DNA of 64,000 bases from a virus, in IMG/VR virus record IMGVR_UViG_3300042546_000155, one strand, 5' to 3'. Of the stretch, positions 49,401 to 57,889 are shown piece after piece. The position numbers were made by a program, and so were the translations under genes. Below the pieces are notes generated by a model that searched no databases, had not been told where the DNA came from, and worked only from the letters and a program-made list of their open reading frames with translations. Position 1 is the first letter of the stretch. Every line of letters starts with the position of its first letter.

Positions 49401-50290
49401 GATGATCCAACCGATGTAGCTGTTGATAAAGCATAAGCGTTACCGGCTTGTCCGACTTGTGTAGCTGTTGATAAAGCATAAGCGTTACCGGCTTGTCCGA
49501 CTTGTGTAGCTACTGATAATGCATAAGCATTGGCAGATGATCCAACTGTATTGGACCATGTATATGATCTTGCGCCGATTGTGTTAGCCCAGTTATTACC
49601 TGCAACACCAACAGCAACAGTATATGCATTACCAGCAGCACCAACGGCATCGGTGTAATTATTACCTGCAACACCAACAGCAATCGTATAGTTATTACCG
49701 GCTGCGGCAACTGTAATGACATAAGCATTAGCACCAGCACCCGTATCTGTAATTCTATTATTTGCTAATTCAAAAAGATATCCGGAGTAAGCATTAGCGC
49801 CTATTCCTGTATCATACGCCAGAACATTTGCAGCATTCGCTTTATCGAATGCAGCATTGGCATTATCATAGGCGGCCGCCACATAGAGAACATCATTTGA
49901 AAGATTAGCACGATCAAATGCTGCTTGTGTTAAAGTAAGAGTGGTGTTAGTGCTATCAAATGCTGCCGAAGCAAGATCAATAGCAGGTGTCAGATTTGCA
50001 GAGATTGTAATTGCATCTGTGAGTGCCGAACTAGTAATCTCAATATTCTGTCCTTGATTAAAGGTAAGAATATCATTTGGGATATCTGCAATTACCAGTG
50101 TGCCGGCTGCATTGATGGTTCCGAAGTTGAAACCACCTTCACCACCAGAGATAGACTGAATGTTGCCGTTAATGTCCTTATAGTAAATAAGACCATCGGC
50201 ATAGTTAATAGCAATTTCACCATTAGCTAGATCAGCCGGTGAAGATCCTGGAATAGATGATTTCTTTAGAGCAATTACTGTGTTGGTCAT
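43454..50290 (-). CDS. Long tail fibre (2278 aa) with knob domains and C-terminal S74-like chaperone
   Basis: IALKKS...GEIAIN.ADG.IY N-terminus; 11-aa repeats; repeated shaft modules; YASDERLKEN...YEKLVPLLIEAIKE. Confidence 0.85.
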   Translation of the reverse strand: MTNTVIALKKSSIPGSSPADLANGEIAINYADGLIYYKDINGNIQSISGGEGGFNFGTINAAGTLVIADIPNDILTFNQGQNIEITSSALTDAITISANLTPAIDLASAAFDSTNTTLTLTQAAFDRANLSNDVLYVAAAYDNANAAFDKANAANVLAYDTGIGANAYSGYLFELANNRITDTGAGANAYVITVAAAGNNYTIAVGVAGNNYTDAVGAAGNAYTVAVGVAGNNWANTIGARSYTWSNTVGSSANAYALSVATQVGQAGNAYALSTATQVGQAGNAYALSTATSVGSSGNSYTVAVGTAGNTWANTVGAAGNNYTISVGAAGNAYSVVIGSAGNAYTVAVGTAGNAYSTAVGASSNAWANTISASSNAWANTVGSSGNTYMLAVNAAGNAYTVAVGAAGNAYTVAVGASGNSYTVAVGAAANAYALSVATTVGSSGNTYMLAVNASGNAYTVAVGASSNAWANTVGSSGNTYMLAVNAAGNNYTIATGAAANAWANTISASSNAWANIVGTSGNSYTVAVGTAGNAYTVSVGAVTNAWSNTVGTAGNSYTVAVGAAGNSYTVAVGAAANAWANTIGARSNTWANTVGTSGNNYTISVGTAGNNYTITVGASSNAWANSVNIYSDSTYFKKSGGTITGDLQVTGNLIISGNATTITTDSLSVEDSLIFLATNNISDIVDIGFVGHYSNGTSNVHTGLYRDHASKEYFLFSGLSGEPSLVNDIVPYANNMVNAVLNSDIRTSNLILGGANAIITIRNNAVGANGWANTVGTSGNNYTVSVGAASNAWSNSVGTSGNSYTLSVGASANAWSNTVGTSANAWANTIGARSNTWSNTVGTSGNSYTVAVGAAGNNYTITVGASANAWSNTKLSNNNVVLAGNIGVLGYVSTTRGVYDDGVAGTVRITNPGGGAFSNNAATATGAIKIKMPVAANNNNTMLRVTVKIFNYVTGTSTTLQFGGYNYSVVGGWYNTFVTQETQSGPELNVRFGQDATSDCIWIGETSTAWAYPKVYITEVEAGFSGGTAAAWREDWQISLVTAFDTVESTVIAGKSLDSQNFASTVYPYVNTKVAVVSSNSTSRVWANTTTDASSNELVFIDLATSGVTATTYGGVATIPSYTVDAYGRITSSSNVTASIPISTGVSGLGTGVATALAVAVGTAGSFVTNGGALGTPASGNFSTGTFTWPTFNQSTTGSAATLTTARTLTIGSTGKTFNGGADVSWSLTEIGVTGVGASSNAWSNTKVASVSSNSTSRIWANTTVDASSNELVFIDLATSGVTATTYGGAATIPSFTVDAYGRITSASGVTASIPISSGVSGLGTGVATALATAVGSAGAFVTNGGALGTPSSGTLTNCTFPTLNQNTTGFATFLNAAQSSADAPNQSIASRINSGFWQTSYATTANGWPVTTSSWYHLIASTHSNGSNYYSMQLAADFYSNSLYYRSTNASGSNAWSRVLLDGGALGTPSSGTLTNCTGLPLTTGVTGTLAAANGGTGQTVYAVGDLLFASTTTALSRLADVATGNALISGGVGVAPAWGKIGLTTHISGTLAVANGGTGTTTSTGSGSVVLSTSPTLTTPALGTPSSGNLTNCTFPTLNQNTTGSAFYITSRDTRATVDGPSLGAARVQFDFKTNTTDGLNDGGTYHGVMTFQQYADASGGGTRQLGFTDNDNLWIRGSGSALSTYGAWKRVLTANAALGTPASGTLTNCTGLPLTTGVTGTLAAANGGTGNASYAVGDILYASTTTALTRLADVATGNALISGGVGVAPAWGKIGLTTHVSGTLAVANGGTGTTTSTGSGSVVLSTSPTLTTPALGTPSSGTLTNCTIPWSGVTGKPTTLSGYGITDALPLAGGTMTGLITGRTNAAAANTSNTSVSNDTGSFSVRGTQFVSAVMSFHRTGAYAINLGLDIDNIFRIGGWSDGVNTYRLTLGAPGGTHTFNGTVSATAFSGPLTYTVLTGPASTSRDKIRVWSDSNYTIGMTNGFTFGPIENEYAMTFQMNDSATRGFWWGDAAHTAAQGAMALSTDGKLTVAHSVRLGYGESDTTLPGATHRLDVSGSGNFTGSVTVPNSSNTTGSTTAGVNFSAQGSAYIFGTTSDSVASTTSNLKITSWFGIGFGPSVSGQTVPQWENAMWLNARTGDLSCRANITAYASDERLKENFSPIANAIDKIKRISGYTFDWRVEKCKSLGFAPYREHEHGLKAQEVEKVMSDAVDIAPFDCDSDENGNKISRTGKNYLTVKYEKLVPLLIEAIKEQQTEIDNLKRIVDMLNTVK
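44799..45892. repeat. About 390-bp direct repeat (period 702 bp) inside the fibre gene
   Basis: 44799-45190 and 45501-45892 are near-identical and encode GTLTNCTGLPLTTGVTGTLAAANGGTG...SPTLTTPALGTP. Confidence 0.85.
47690..49740. repeat. 33-nt / 11-aa degenerate tandem repeats (GNAYTVAVGAA / ANAWANTVGTS), two blocks
   Basis: Visible in both protein and DNA at about 47690-47990 and 48410-49740. Confidence 0.85.
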
Positions 50291-50829
50291 TAAAAGTCGT
50301 CTGTCTTATCTTCCTGTTCCACAAAGGGCATTTCTATAATCTTTGTATTTATGTTCTTTTTAGACGGCTGTTTTTTGGGCTGAGGTGTTAACTTAATGAG
50401 TTGCTTATCTTTTGCTTGTAACTCATTCTTAACACTCGTTAGTTCATTGTTGGCTGTTTCTAGTTGTTGTTTCATAGATTCTACTAGAGAATTGAGTCTA
50501 TCAATATCTCTATTCTTATCAACAAACTGATTTCTTAGATCATTATATTGATTAGTCAAGGTGTCCATATGACTCACCTTGTTTTTCATGGCATTGTATT
50601 CTTGTTCCCATTTTGTTGCATTTTCAGTTGCTTTTGAAAACTCTTGCTGATTTTTACTAGCATTTGTAAGTTCTTCTTTCAAAGTGGAAATGACCCCATC
50701 TTTTTCGGCGATGAGGTCACTAGCCAACTTTGCTTGCGTTTTCAACTGTAGAATAGTATTGATTTGATCATGTAATGTTGAAACTGTAATATCAACATAA
50801 GTATTCATAAACTTGTTAGCATCACTCAT
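50290..50829 (-). CDS. Coiled-coil protein
   Basis: Heptad-rich Q/E/K/N sequence in the fibre cluster. Confidence 0.7.
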   Translation of the reverse strand: MSDANKFMNTYVDITVSTLHDQINTILQLKTQAKLASDLIAEKDGVISTLKEELTNASKNQQEFSKATENATKWEQEYNAMKNKVSHMDTLTNQYNDLRNQFVDKNRDIDRLNSLVESMKQQLETANNELTSVKNELQAKDKQLIKLTPQPKKQPSKKNINTKIIEMPFVEQEDKTDDF

Positions 50830-50848
50830 AATAAAGTCTCCGTGTTAG

Positions 50849-51928
50849 TTAGAATGTTCCCCCATCTAGCATACCAAACGCTGGAACACCAAATGCATCG
50901 GCCTGTAGAACTTGTCCTTCAGTACCGGCAGAAGTAACCTGTAGAGAACCTGCATTGTTTCCGAATAGGATACCATTAGTTGTAAATAGATTCTTTCCGG
51001 TACCACCGTATGGAACAGTGATTGTGTCTGCATTCCATGTACCAGAAGTTAGAGTACCAACACCGGTGATTCCTGAGTATGTTCCCGAAACTCTTGCAGA
51101 TGCAATGATACCAGATACTAGATTTGCTGCATCAGAGAATGTCTGGAAGATTTTTGTGTTGACTGCATTGGTGTAAGCATTACCGGCTGTACCGACTGCT
51201 ACAGTATAAGCATTACCAGCAGCACCAACGGCATCAGTGTAATTATTACCTGCAACACCAACGGCCTGTGCATAAGCATTGGCACTGGCTGCTACGCTGT
51301 TAACAAATGTGTTAGAAGCAATTTGGTGATATGTCGAACCATCATTAGTGAATGTCCAAACTGTCTGAGACTCGTCCCAAAGAATTGCGACATCGTTCTG
51401 ATTACCACGATTAACTTCCATACCAGCATTTTCAGATGGTGAAGCACCTGCTGGAAGATCGGCATTTAGAACGAAGATGTTATCGCCAACATTCAATGTC
51501 TGAGTATTGGCATAAGTTGTAACACCTGAAATTGTTAGGTTACCAGAAACGACAACATCACCTGAAATGGTGCCGCCTGTCTTGGCATAGAATGTATCAG
51601 TTGCATATGTGTTAGCAGATGCACCAACAAATTCGGCGTAAGCATTACCTGAGGTACCAACTGTGTTAGCCCATGCATTACCAGAGGCTGCAACTGTGCC
51701 TAGCCATGCATTGGCAGCACTAGCCACCGAGTTTGCATGTTCAAAGGCAGCTATTGTGTGGTTTACCCAATAGGTACCACCGATTTCATTAACGCTTAGA
51801 CCATTTGCTGTGCCGATAAAGAGTCTATCGGAAGCGTAGGAATACGCTAGTTCTGCGGCAGAGAGCGAACCACCTGGTGGGGTGGTCGTCCCTGTTGATC
51901 GTTTAATCTGAATTACTGTATTGCTCAT
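50849..51928 (-). CDS. Short fibre-like virion protein
   Basis: IQIKRS...ELAYS....LFIG N-terminus; shares the 11-aa repeats and the KTGGTISGD..V.GNL..VGDN..VLNAD module with the long fibres; ends LDGGTF. Confidence 0.75.
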   Translation of the reverse strand: MSNTVIQIKRSTGTTTPPGGSLSAAELAYSYASDRLFIGTANGLSVNEIGGTYWVNHTIAAFEHANSVASAANAWLGTVAASGNAWANTVGTSGNAYAEFVGASANTYATDTFYAKTGGTISGDVVVSGNLTISGVTTYANTQTLNVGDNIFVLNADLPAGASPSENAGMEVNRGNQNDVAILWDESQTVWTFTNDGSTYHQIASNTFVNSVAASANAYAQAVGVAGNNYTDAVGAAGNAYTVAVGTAGNAYTNAVNTKIFQTFSDAANLVSGIIASARVSGTYSGITGVGTLTSGTWNADTITVPYGGTGKNLFTTNGILFGNNAGSLQVTSAGTEGQVLQADAFGVPAFGMLDGGTF

Positions 51929-52161
51929 TAGAAGGTTCCTCCGTTTACGATGGGCAATTCTCTAACTACAAATTTGTCACTCGCCTCATCATAAACAATA
52001 GTTTCGTTGTTATTCAAGCTGGTAGCATCAACATCATTCAATTGTCTCAAATTTTCTTTAAGGTTTTGTTTACCTGACAATCCTACAGATTTAATATTTG
52101 ACTGTTGCTGTATGTTGATAGAAATTCTATTCTTGGGTTGTGTTCTAACAATGATTGACAT
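51928..52161 (-). CDS. Small virion-associated protein
   Basis: L.QL.DVD, NGGTF C-terminus. Confidence 0.6.
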   Translation of the reverse strand: MSIIVRTQPKNRISINIQQQSNIKSVGLSGKQNLKENLRQLNDVDATSLNNNETIVYDEASDKFVVRELPIVNGGTF

Positions 52162-52168
52162 TTTAGTC

Positions 52169-52513
52169 CTATCGAGTTATGCCATGTGTTACGAAAATCA
52201 CACCCTCTATTAGTCTCGTTGTTTCGTTTTGCGCTCTAGGGTTAACAACTTTAACATCAAAGAAATAGTTACCGGGTCTTAGATTAGCGGTATTCGCTGC
52301 CGTCATTGACAGTGATAGTTCGCCATTTGATCCATCTAATACTGAGCAAGTTAGATTGGCAGAGGCGTTTACGGACAGTAAAGAGCGTCTTAACTGACTT
52401 GTTATAACATACCCAGAAGTGTTCTGTGGCATATTCGTATTGTCATCATTTAATTCAATTACTACATTGAAATCCGCACCTCTGTCTATGTAAAGTTCTG
52501 CGTATTCTGCCAT
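52169..52513 (-). CDS. Conserved Ig-like virion protein (fibre/baseplate adaptor)
   Basis: LYIDRGADF...LS.TAA.TA.L.PG.Y..DV....RLIEG...VT. Confidence 0.65.
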   Translation of the reverse strand: MAEYAELYIDRGADFNVVIELNDDNTNMPQNTSGYVITSQLRRSLLSVNASANLTCSVLDGSNGELSLSMTAANTANLRPGNYFFDVKVVNPRAQNETTRLIEGVIFVTHGITR

Positions 52514-52534
52514 TTACTTTCCTATTTATTCCTC

Positions 52535-55500
52535 TTATTTAGCTTTTAGCTCATCTAGCTCGGTCTTTAGTTCTTTGATTGCTTCAATTAGAAGCGGAAC
52601 AATACGATCATACTTGACTGCTTTGATTCCGTCTTCTCTAGTTGCAACAACTTCTGGAAGAACTGCTTCAATCTCTTGAGCGATAACACCAATATCATGC
52701 TTGCGAACAAAGTAATCATCTTCACCACCTTGGGCTTCAATGAAGGCGTCTGTCCAATCAAACTCAACACCATTGATCTTTTCGATCTTGGCAAGAGCAT
52801 TATCGATAGTCTTAACATTCTCCTTCAATGAAGCATCGGATGAATAGAATGCTGTAATATCGTTTGTTGCTCTAATCTGACCAGCAGTTCCAGAACCAGC
52901 GGTACCAACACCGATTGAGTTAAACTGTGAATTTTGAGTTGTGCTAGTAAATGTAACAGCCGATCCGTCAATACTAGTAATACCAGTTAGTGACTGTGCA
53001 GCCGAGGCTCTATTAAGAGCAATGGCGGTAGTACCAACATAAGTGGTTGCTCCTACAGCGGCAGCACCAATTTCGGCTAGTGACCATGAAACAGCAGCAG
53101 AACCATCCACGCTCTTTCCGGTTGAACCGATAGTGATTGTTCTGGCAGTTCCCCATGTAGCGGTAGTAATAGCAGCAGAACCGTTAAAGGCTGTACCGTT
53201 AATATTTCTTGCTGTTGTTAATGTAGCAGCCGATCCATCAATTGAAGTGATACCGGTTAGCGATTGTGCGGCTGATGCTCTATTGAGTGTGATGGCAGTA
53301 GTACCAACATAAGTAGTTGCTCCTACAGCGGCAGCACCAATTTCGGCCAATGACCAAGATACTGCGGCAGAACCATCAACAGACTTACCGGTCGATCCAA
53401 TTGTAATGGTTCTTGCAGTACCCCATGTGGCAGTAGTAATTGCTGCCGATCCATTGAATGCAGTACCGTTAATGTTTCTAGCGGTTGTTAGTGTAGCGGC
53501 TGAACCATCAATAGATGTAATACCAGTTAGTGACTGCGCTGCCGATGCTCTATTTAATACTATTGAAGTAGTACCAACATTGACAGTAGAATCGTTAGCG
53601 GCCACACCCATTTCGCTATGTGTCCAAGTATAGTTGCCTGAACCATCAACAGATTTTGCAGTATCGCCGAGGGTGATTGTTCTAGAAGTACCCCAAGTGG
53701 TAGTGGTGATATTACCCGTACCATTGAACGCTGTACCATTGATGTTTCTAGCGGTTGTCAATGATGCAGCGGAACCATCAATAGAGGTGATGCCGGTCAA
53801 TGACTGTGCTGCGGATGCTCTATTAAGTGTAATAGCGGTAGTACCAACATAAGTGGTTGCACCAACGGCTGCTGCACCAATTTCTGCTACTGTCCATGAT
53901 ACAGCGGCCGATCCATCGACAGACTTACCGGTCGATCCAATGGTGATTGTTCTAGCAGTACCCCATGTTGCGGTAGTAATAGCAGCAGTACCATCAAAAT
54001 TAGTACCATTGATGGCTCTTGCTGTAGTTAGTTTAGCAGCCGAACCATCAATGGAGGTGATACCAGTTAGTGACTGCGCTGCTGAGGCTCTATTCAATAC
54101 GATTGATGTAGTACCAACATTGACAGTGGCATCATTTGCAGCAACACCCATTTCAGATAGTGTCCAAGTATAGTTTCCTGAACCATTAACTGATTTGCCA
54201 GTATCACCAATTGTAATAGTTCTAGCAGTACCCCAATTGGCAGTGGTGATATCAGCAGAACCATTAAATGCAGTTCCGTTAATATTTCTTGCTGTTGTTA
54301 GTGTGCCTGCTGAACCAGTTGTGTTCTGATTTAGTGTCGGGAAGGTACAGTTTATTAATGTACCAGAAGATGGTGTGCCTAGCGCACCACCATTTGTAAC
54401 AAACGCACCGGCTGAGCCAACTGCGGTAGCTAGTGCAGTAGCAACACCGGTACCAAGTCCAGATACACCGGTAGAGATTGGAATAGATGCTGTAATATTA
54501 GATGCTGATGTAATTCTTCCATAAGCATCTACAGTGTATGATGGTATGGTTGAAGCTCCGCCGTATGTACCGGCAGCAACACCAGATGTTGCAAGATCAA
54601 CGAATACAAGTTCATTACTTGAGGCATCAACAACATTATTGGCCCAAATTCTAGTAGTGTTATTGCTTGTAACAGCAGCAATCTTAGTATTGGCCCAGTT
54701 ATTAGCAGCCGCAGCGACACCAATAACACCAATTTCAGATAGTGTCCAAGAAACATCGGCAGTGCCATTGAATGTCTTGCCAGTTGAACCAACAGTTAGG
54801 GTTCTGGCAGTTGTCAATGATCCAGCGGAACCAGTTGTGTTCTGGTTTAGAGTTGGGAAGGTACAGTTTCCTAGGTTACCACTTGATGGTGTACCGAGAG
54901 CACCACCATTGGTGACGAATGCTCCGGCAGTACCTACAGAGGTAGCTAGTGCAGTTGATACACCAGTTCCTAGTCCAGATACACCAGATGAGATTGGAAC
55001 AATCGATGTAACATTAGCTGATGATGTAATACGACCGTAAGCATCGACTGTAAATACTGGAGTAACAGTAGCACTACCATATGTGGTTGCTGTAACACCT
55101 GACTGAGCAAGGTCAATGAATACAAGTTCATTGCTTGATGCATCGGTGGTATTGTTAGCCCAAATTCTTGAGGTGCTATTACTTGTAACGGCACCAATCT
55201 TGGTATTAGCCCAGTTATTAGCACTGTTAGCCATTCTACCGGCTAGTGTATTGGCACTAACTGCGGTAAGCTGAATGCTTCCAGCGGCCCAAGCATTAGC
55301 ACTCTCAACATGGGTATTGGTTGCAATACCATAGTTGCCTGTACCGTCATTAAGTGTCCATCTGTTTAAGGTTTCGTTCCATAGAACAGAGACAGCATTT
55401 GAAGTTAGACCACGATTAACTTCGATACCAGCATCTTCTGTAGGAATAACAGAACCGAACCAGTCAGCGTTTAGAACAATGATATTATCGCCAACCATTA

Positions 55501-57682
55501 GTGTTTGTGTATTGGCGTATGTTGTCTGTCCAGCGATGACAAGGTTGCCAGTTACGGTAACATCGCCACTAATTGTACCACCTGACTTGGTGTAGAAAGT
55601 TGCACCAGCATGTGAGTTAATAGAGTTAGCCCATGCATTTGATGATGCGCCAACTGATATTGCATATGCATTACCGGCTGCTCCAACTGCTACAGTGTAT
55701 GAATTACCGGCTGCGTTAACAGCAAGCATATAACTATTACCAGATGATCCAACGGTGTTGGCCCAGGTATTTGATCTTGCTCCAATTGTATTAGCCCAGC
55801 CATTAGCGGCTGCAACCATAGATTCTGAAACTTGGTTCTGATTTAGAGTTAAGTTCTGAATCTGTGCGTAAATTGCTGAATTGACGGTGTTGGCCCAACC
55901 ATTAGATGCTGCACCAATTGATACTGAGTAGTTATTACCGGCAGTGCCTACTGTATTAGCCCAGCTATTAGATGCTGCACCAACGGCTACTGTATAAGAA
56001 TTACCAGCAGCACCAACGGCTACTGTATAAGCATTTCCTGCGGCTCCAACTGCTACAGTATAAGCATTACCTGATGCATTAACGGCAAGCATATATGTAT
56101 TGCCGGATGAACCGACTGACTGAGCATAAGCATTACCTGATGTACCTACAGTGTTGGCCCATGCATTTGATCTTGCACCAATTGTGTTTGACCAAGCATT
56201 AGCAGATGATCCGACAGCAATAGCATAATTATTACCAGCTGTTCCTACAGCAATAGCATATGCATTAGCAGATGATCCTACTGCTACAGTATAAGCATTG
56301 CCGGCAGCGCCAACAGCTATAGAGTATGCATTAGCAGATGATCCTACTGCTACTGTATAAGCATTTCCAGCGGCTCCAACGGCTACTGCATAAGAATTTC
56401 CTGCGGTTCCAACTGCTACTGTATAAGCATTACCAGCGGCTCCAACGGCTACAGAGTATGCATTTCCTGATGAGCCTACTGTATTAGACCAAGCGTTTCC
56501 TGATGCTCCGACTGCTACAGTGTAAGCATTACCTGATGTACCTACAGTATTAGCCCATGTATTGGATCTTGCACCAATTGTGTTTGACCAAGCATTACCA
56601 GCAGCGCCAACAGCTACAGTATAATTGTTTCCAGCTACGCCAACTGCTACAGTATATGAGTTACCTGATGTTCCTACTGTGTTTGACCATGCATTACTTG
56701 ATGCACCAACTGTATTTGACCATGCATTAGCAGAAGCACCGACAGTGTTAGACCAAGCATTGCCAGCAGCGCCGACTGCTACCGTATAAGTATTACCAGC
56801 GACACCTACAGCGACAGTGTATGAGTTACCAGCAGCACCAACGGCTACTGTGTATGAATTTCCTGATGCTCCGACTGCTACAGTATAAGCATTACCTGAT
56901 GTGCCTACTGTATTGGCCCAAGTATTTGATCTTGCGCCAATGGTATTGGCCCATGCATTTGCGGATGCGCCGACAGTGTTAGACCAAGCATTACCAGATG
57001 CTCCAACAAAATTAGTATAGACATTGCCTGCAACACCCACTGTATTAGACCAGGCATTGGCTGATGATCCAACAAATACTGTATAAGCATTTCCTGCAAC
57101 ACCTACTGTATTAGACCATGCATTACCAGCAGCACCAACGGCTACTGTGTATGAATTTCCTGAGCTACCGACTGTATTAGCCCATGTGTTTGATCTTGCA
57201 CCAATTGTATTGGCCCAAGCATTAGCAGATGCACCGACAGTATTCGACCATGCATTACCAGCAGCACCAACGGCTACTGTATATGAATTTCCTGAGCTAC
57301 CGACAGTATTTGACCAAGCGTTACCCGAATCGGCTACTCTATCGATATAAACATTGGCAGAAGAAGCTAGATTGTTTGCCCATGCATTGGCACTAATAGC
57401 AACGCTGTTTACCTTAATCATGGTAGCGTTTGCTAGAGTGAATGTATTACCTACGACACGAATACCAGCAACATTAGATGATACTGTGTCGAGAACATTC
57501 TGAGAGGGGATAACATCAATGTAAATGATTTCGCCTACATTGATTGAGGCCGTGGTTCGAACAGATAAACTGTTAGAACGAGTTTGGGCTGTATTACCAC
57601 TGTATGCGTAAATAATCTGATTTGTTTTGATGCGCCATTGATCAAATGTGTCAGTGAACGCTACGTTTGGTAAGTTGGCCAT
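52535..57682 (-). CDS. Long tail fibre (1715 aa) with C-terminal S74-like chaperone
   Basis: DTFDQWRIKTN N-terminus; 11-aa and 90-aa repeats; YSSDASLKEN...GVIAQEIE...YDRIVPLLIEAIKEL. Confidence 0.85.
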   Translation of the reverse strand: MANLPNVAFTDTFDQWRIKTNQIIYAYSGNTAQTRSNSLSVRTTASINVGEIIYIDVIPSQNVLDTVSSNVAGIRVVGNTFTLANATMIKVNSVAISANAWANNLASSANVYIDRVADSGNAWSNTVGSSGNSYTVAVGAAGNAWSNTVGASANAWANTIGARSNTWANTVGSSGNSYTVAVGAAGNAWSNTVGVAGNAYTVFVGSSANAWSNTVGVAGNVYTNFVGASGNAWSNTVGASANAWANTIGARSNTWANTVGTSGNAYTVAVGASGNSYTVAVGAAGNSYTVAVGVAGNTYTVAVGAAGNAWSNTVGASANAWSNTVGASSNAWSNTVGTSGNSYTVAVGVAGNNYTVAVGAAGNAWSNTIGARSNTWANTVGTSGNAYTVAVGASGNAWSNTVGSSGNAYSVAVGAAGNAYTVAVGTAGNSYAVAVGAAGNAYTVAVGSSANAYSIAVGAAGNAYTVAVGSSANAYAIAVGTAGNNYAIAVGSSANAWSNTIGARSNAWANTVGTSGNAYAQSVGSSGNTYMLAVNASGNAYTVAVGAAGNAYTVAVGAAGNSYTVAVGAASNSWANTVGTAGNNYSVSIGAASNGWANTVNSAIYAQIQNLTLNQNQVSESMVAAANGWANTIGARSNTWANTVGSSGNSYMLAVNAAGNSYTVAVGAAGNAYAISVGASSNAWANSINSHAGATFYTKSGGTISGDVTVTGNLVIAGQTTYANTQTLMVGDNIIVLNADWFGSVIPTEDAGIEVNRGLTSNAVSVLWNETLNRWTLNDGTGNYGIATNTHVESANAWAAGSIQLTAVSANTLAGRMANSANNWANTKIGAVTSNSTSRIWANNTTDASSNELVFIDLAQSGVTATTYGSATVTPVFTVDAYGRITSSANVTSIVPISSGVSGLGTGVSTALATSVGTAGAFVTNGGALGTPSSGNLGNCTFPTLNQNTTGSAGSLTTARTLTVGSTGKTFNGTADVSWTLSEIGVIGVAAAANNWANTKIAAVTSNNTTRIWANNVVDASSNELVFVDLATSGVAAGTYGGASTIPSYTVDAYGRITSASNITASIPISTGVSGLGTGVATALATAVGSAGAFVTNGGALGTPSSGTLINCTFPTLNQNTTGSAGTLTTARNINGTAFNGSADITTANWGTARTITIGDTGKSVNGSGNYTWTLSEMGVAANDATVNVGTTSIVLNRASAAQSLTGITSIDGSAAKLTTARAINGTNFDGTAAITTATWGTARTITIGSTGKSVDGSAAVSWTVAEIGAAAVGATTYVGTTAITLNRASAAQSLTGITSIDGSAASLTTARNINGTAFNGTGNITTTTWGTSRTITLGDTAKSVDGSGNYTWTHSEMGVAANDSTVNVGTTSIVLNRASAAQSLTGITSIDGSAATLTTARNINGTAFNGSAAITTATWGTARTITIGSTGKSVDGSAAVSWSLAEIGAAAVGATTYVGTTAITLNRASAAQSLTGITSIDGSAATLTTARNINGTAFNGSAAITTATWGTARTITIGSTGKSVDGSAAVSWSLAEIGAAAVGATTYVGTTAIALNRASAAQSLTGITSIDGSAVTFTSTTQNSQFNSIGVGTAGSGTAGQIRATNDITAFYSSDASLKENVKTIDNALAKIEKINGVEFDWTDAFIEAQGGEDDYFVRKHDIGVIAQEIEAVLPEVVATREDGIKAVKYDRIVPLLIEAIKELKTELDELKAK
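52960..54310. repeat. Five tandem 270-bp (90-aa) repeats
   Basis: GTACCAACAT anchor recurs at 53031, 53301, 53571, 53841 and 54111. Confidence 0.88.
55620..57330. repeat. 33-nt / 11-aa degenerate tandem repeats
   Basis: GNAYTVAVGAA / ANAWSNTVGAS units. Confidence 0.85.
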
Positions 57683-57889
57683 TTACTTTACGAGTCCCTT
57701 TAGTAATTCTTTAATTTCGTTTATGTCTTCTTTTACCGTCTTCATATCTTGCTGTAAAGTATCTACAGCCATCATTCTTTGCTTGTTTCGCTTGTATGCA
57801 TTTAAAGCATCGGTATCTCTATTTATAAGTATTCCTTCAGAGACTTTATAGAGACCCGGAACTTCTGTTTTCTGTTCTTTATTTGTCAT
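57683..57889 (-). CDS. Small coiled-coil protein
   Basis: GILIN.D...Y...K...V..L..D...IK.LL; sits beside a VrlC-like gene. Confidence 0.7.
   Translation of the reverse strand: MTNKEQKTEVPGLYKVSEGILINRDTDALNAYKRNKQRMMAVDTLQQDMKTVKEDINEIKELLKGLVK

Noticed and set aside
47690-57330. 33-nt periodic repeats as a CRISPR array
   Set aside because: They are in-frame coding repeats with synonymous variation, with no constant repeat/unique spacer pattern and no cas genes.
43454-57682. Diversity-generating retroelement acting on the fibres
   Set aside because: No reverse transcriptase in the window, and repeat copies differ mostly at third codon positions rather than specifically at adenines.
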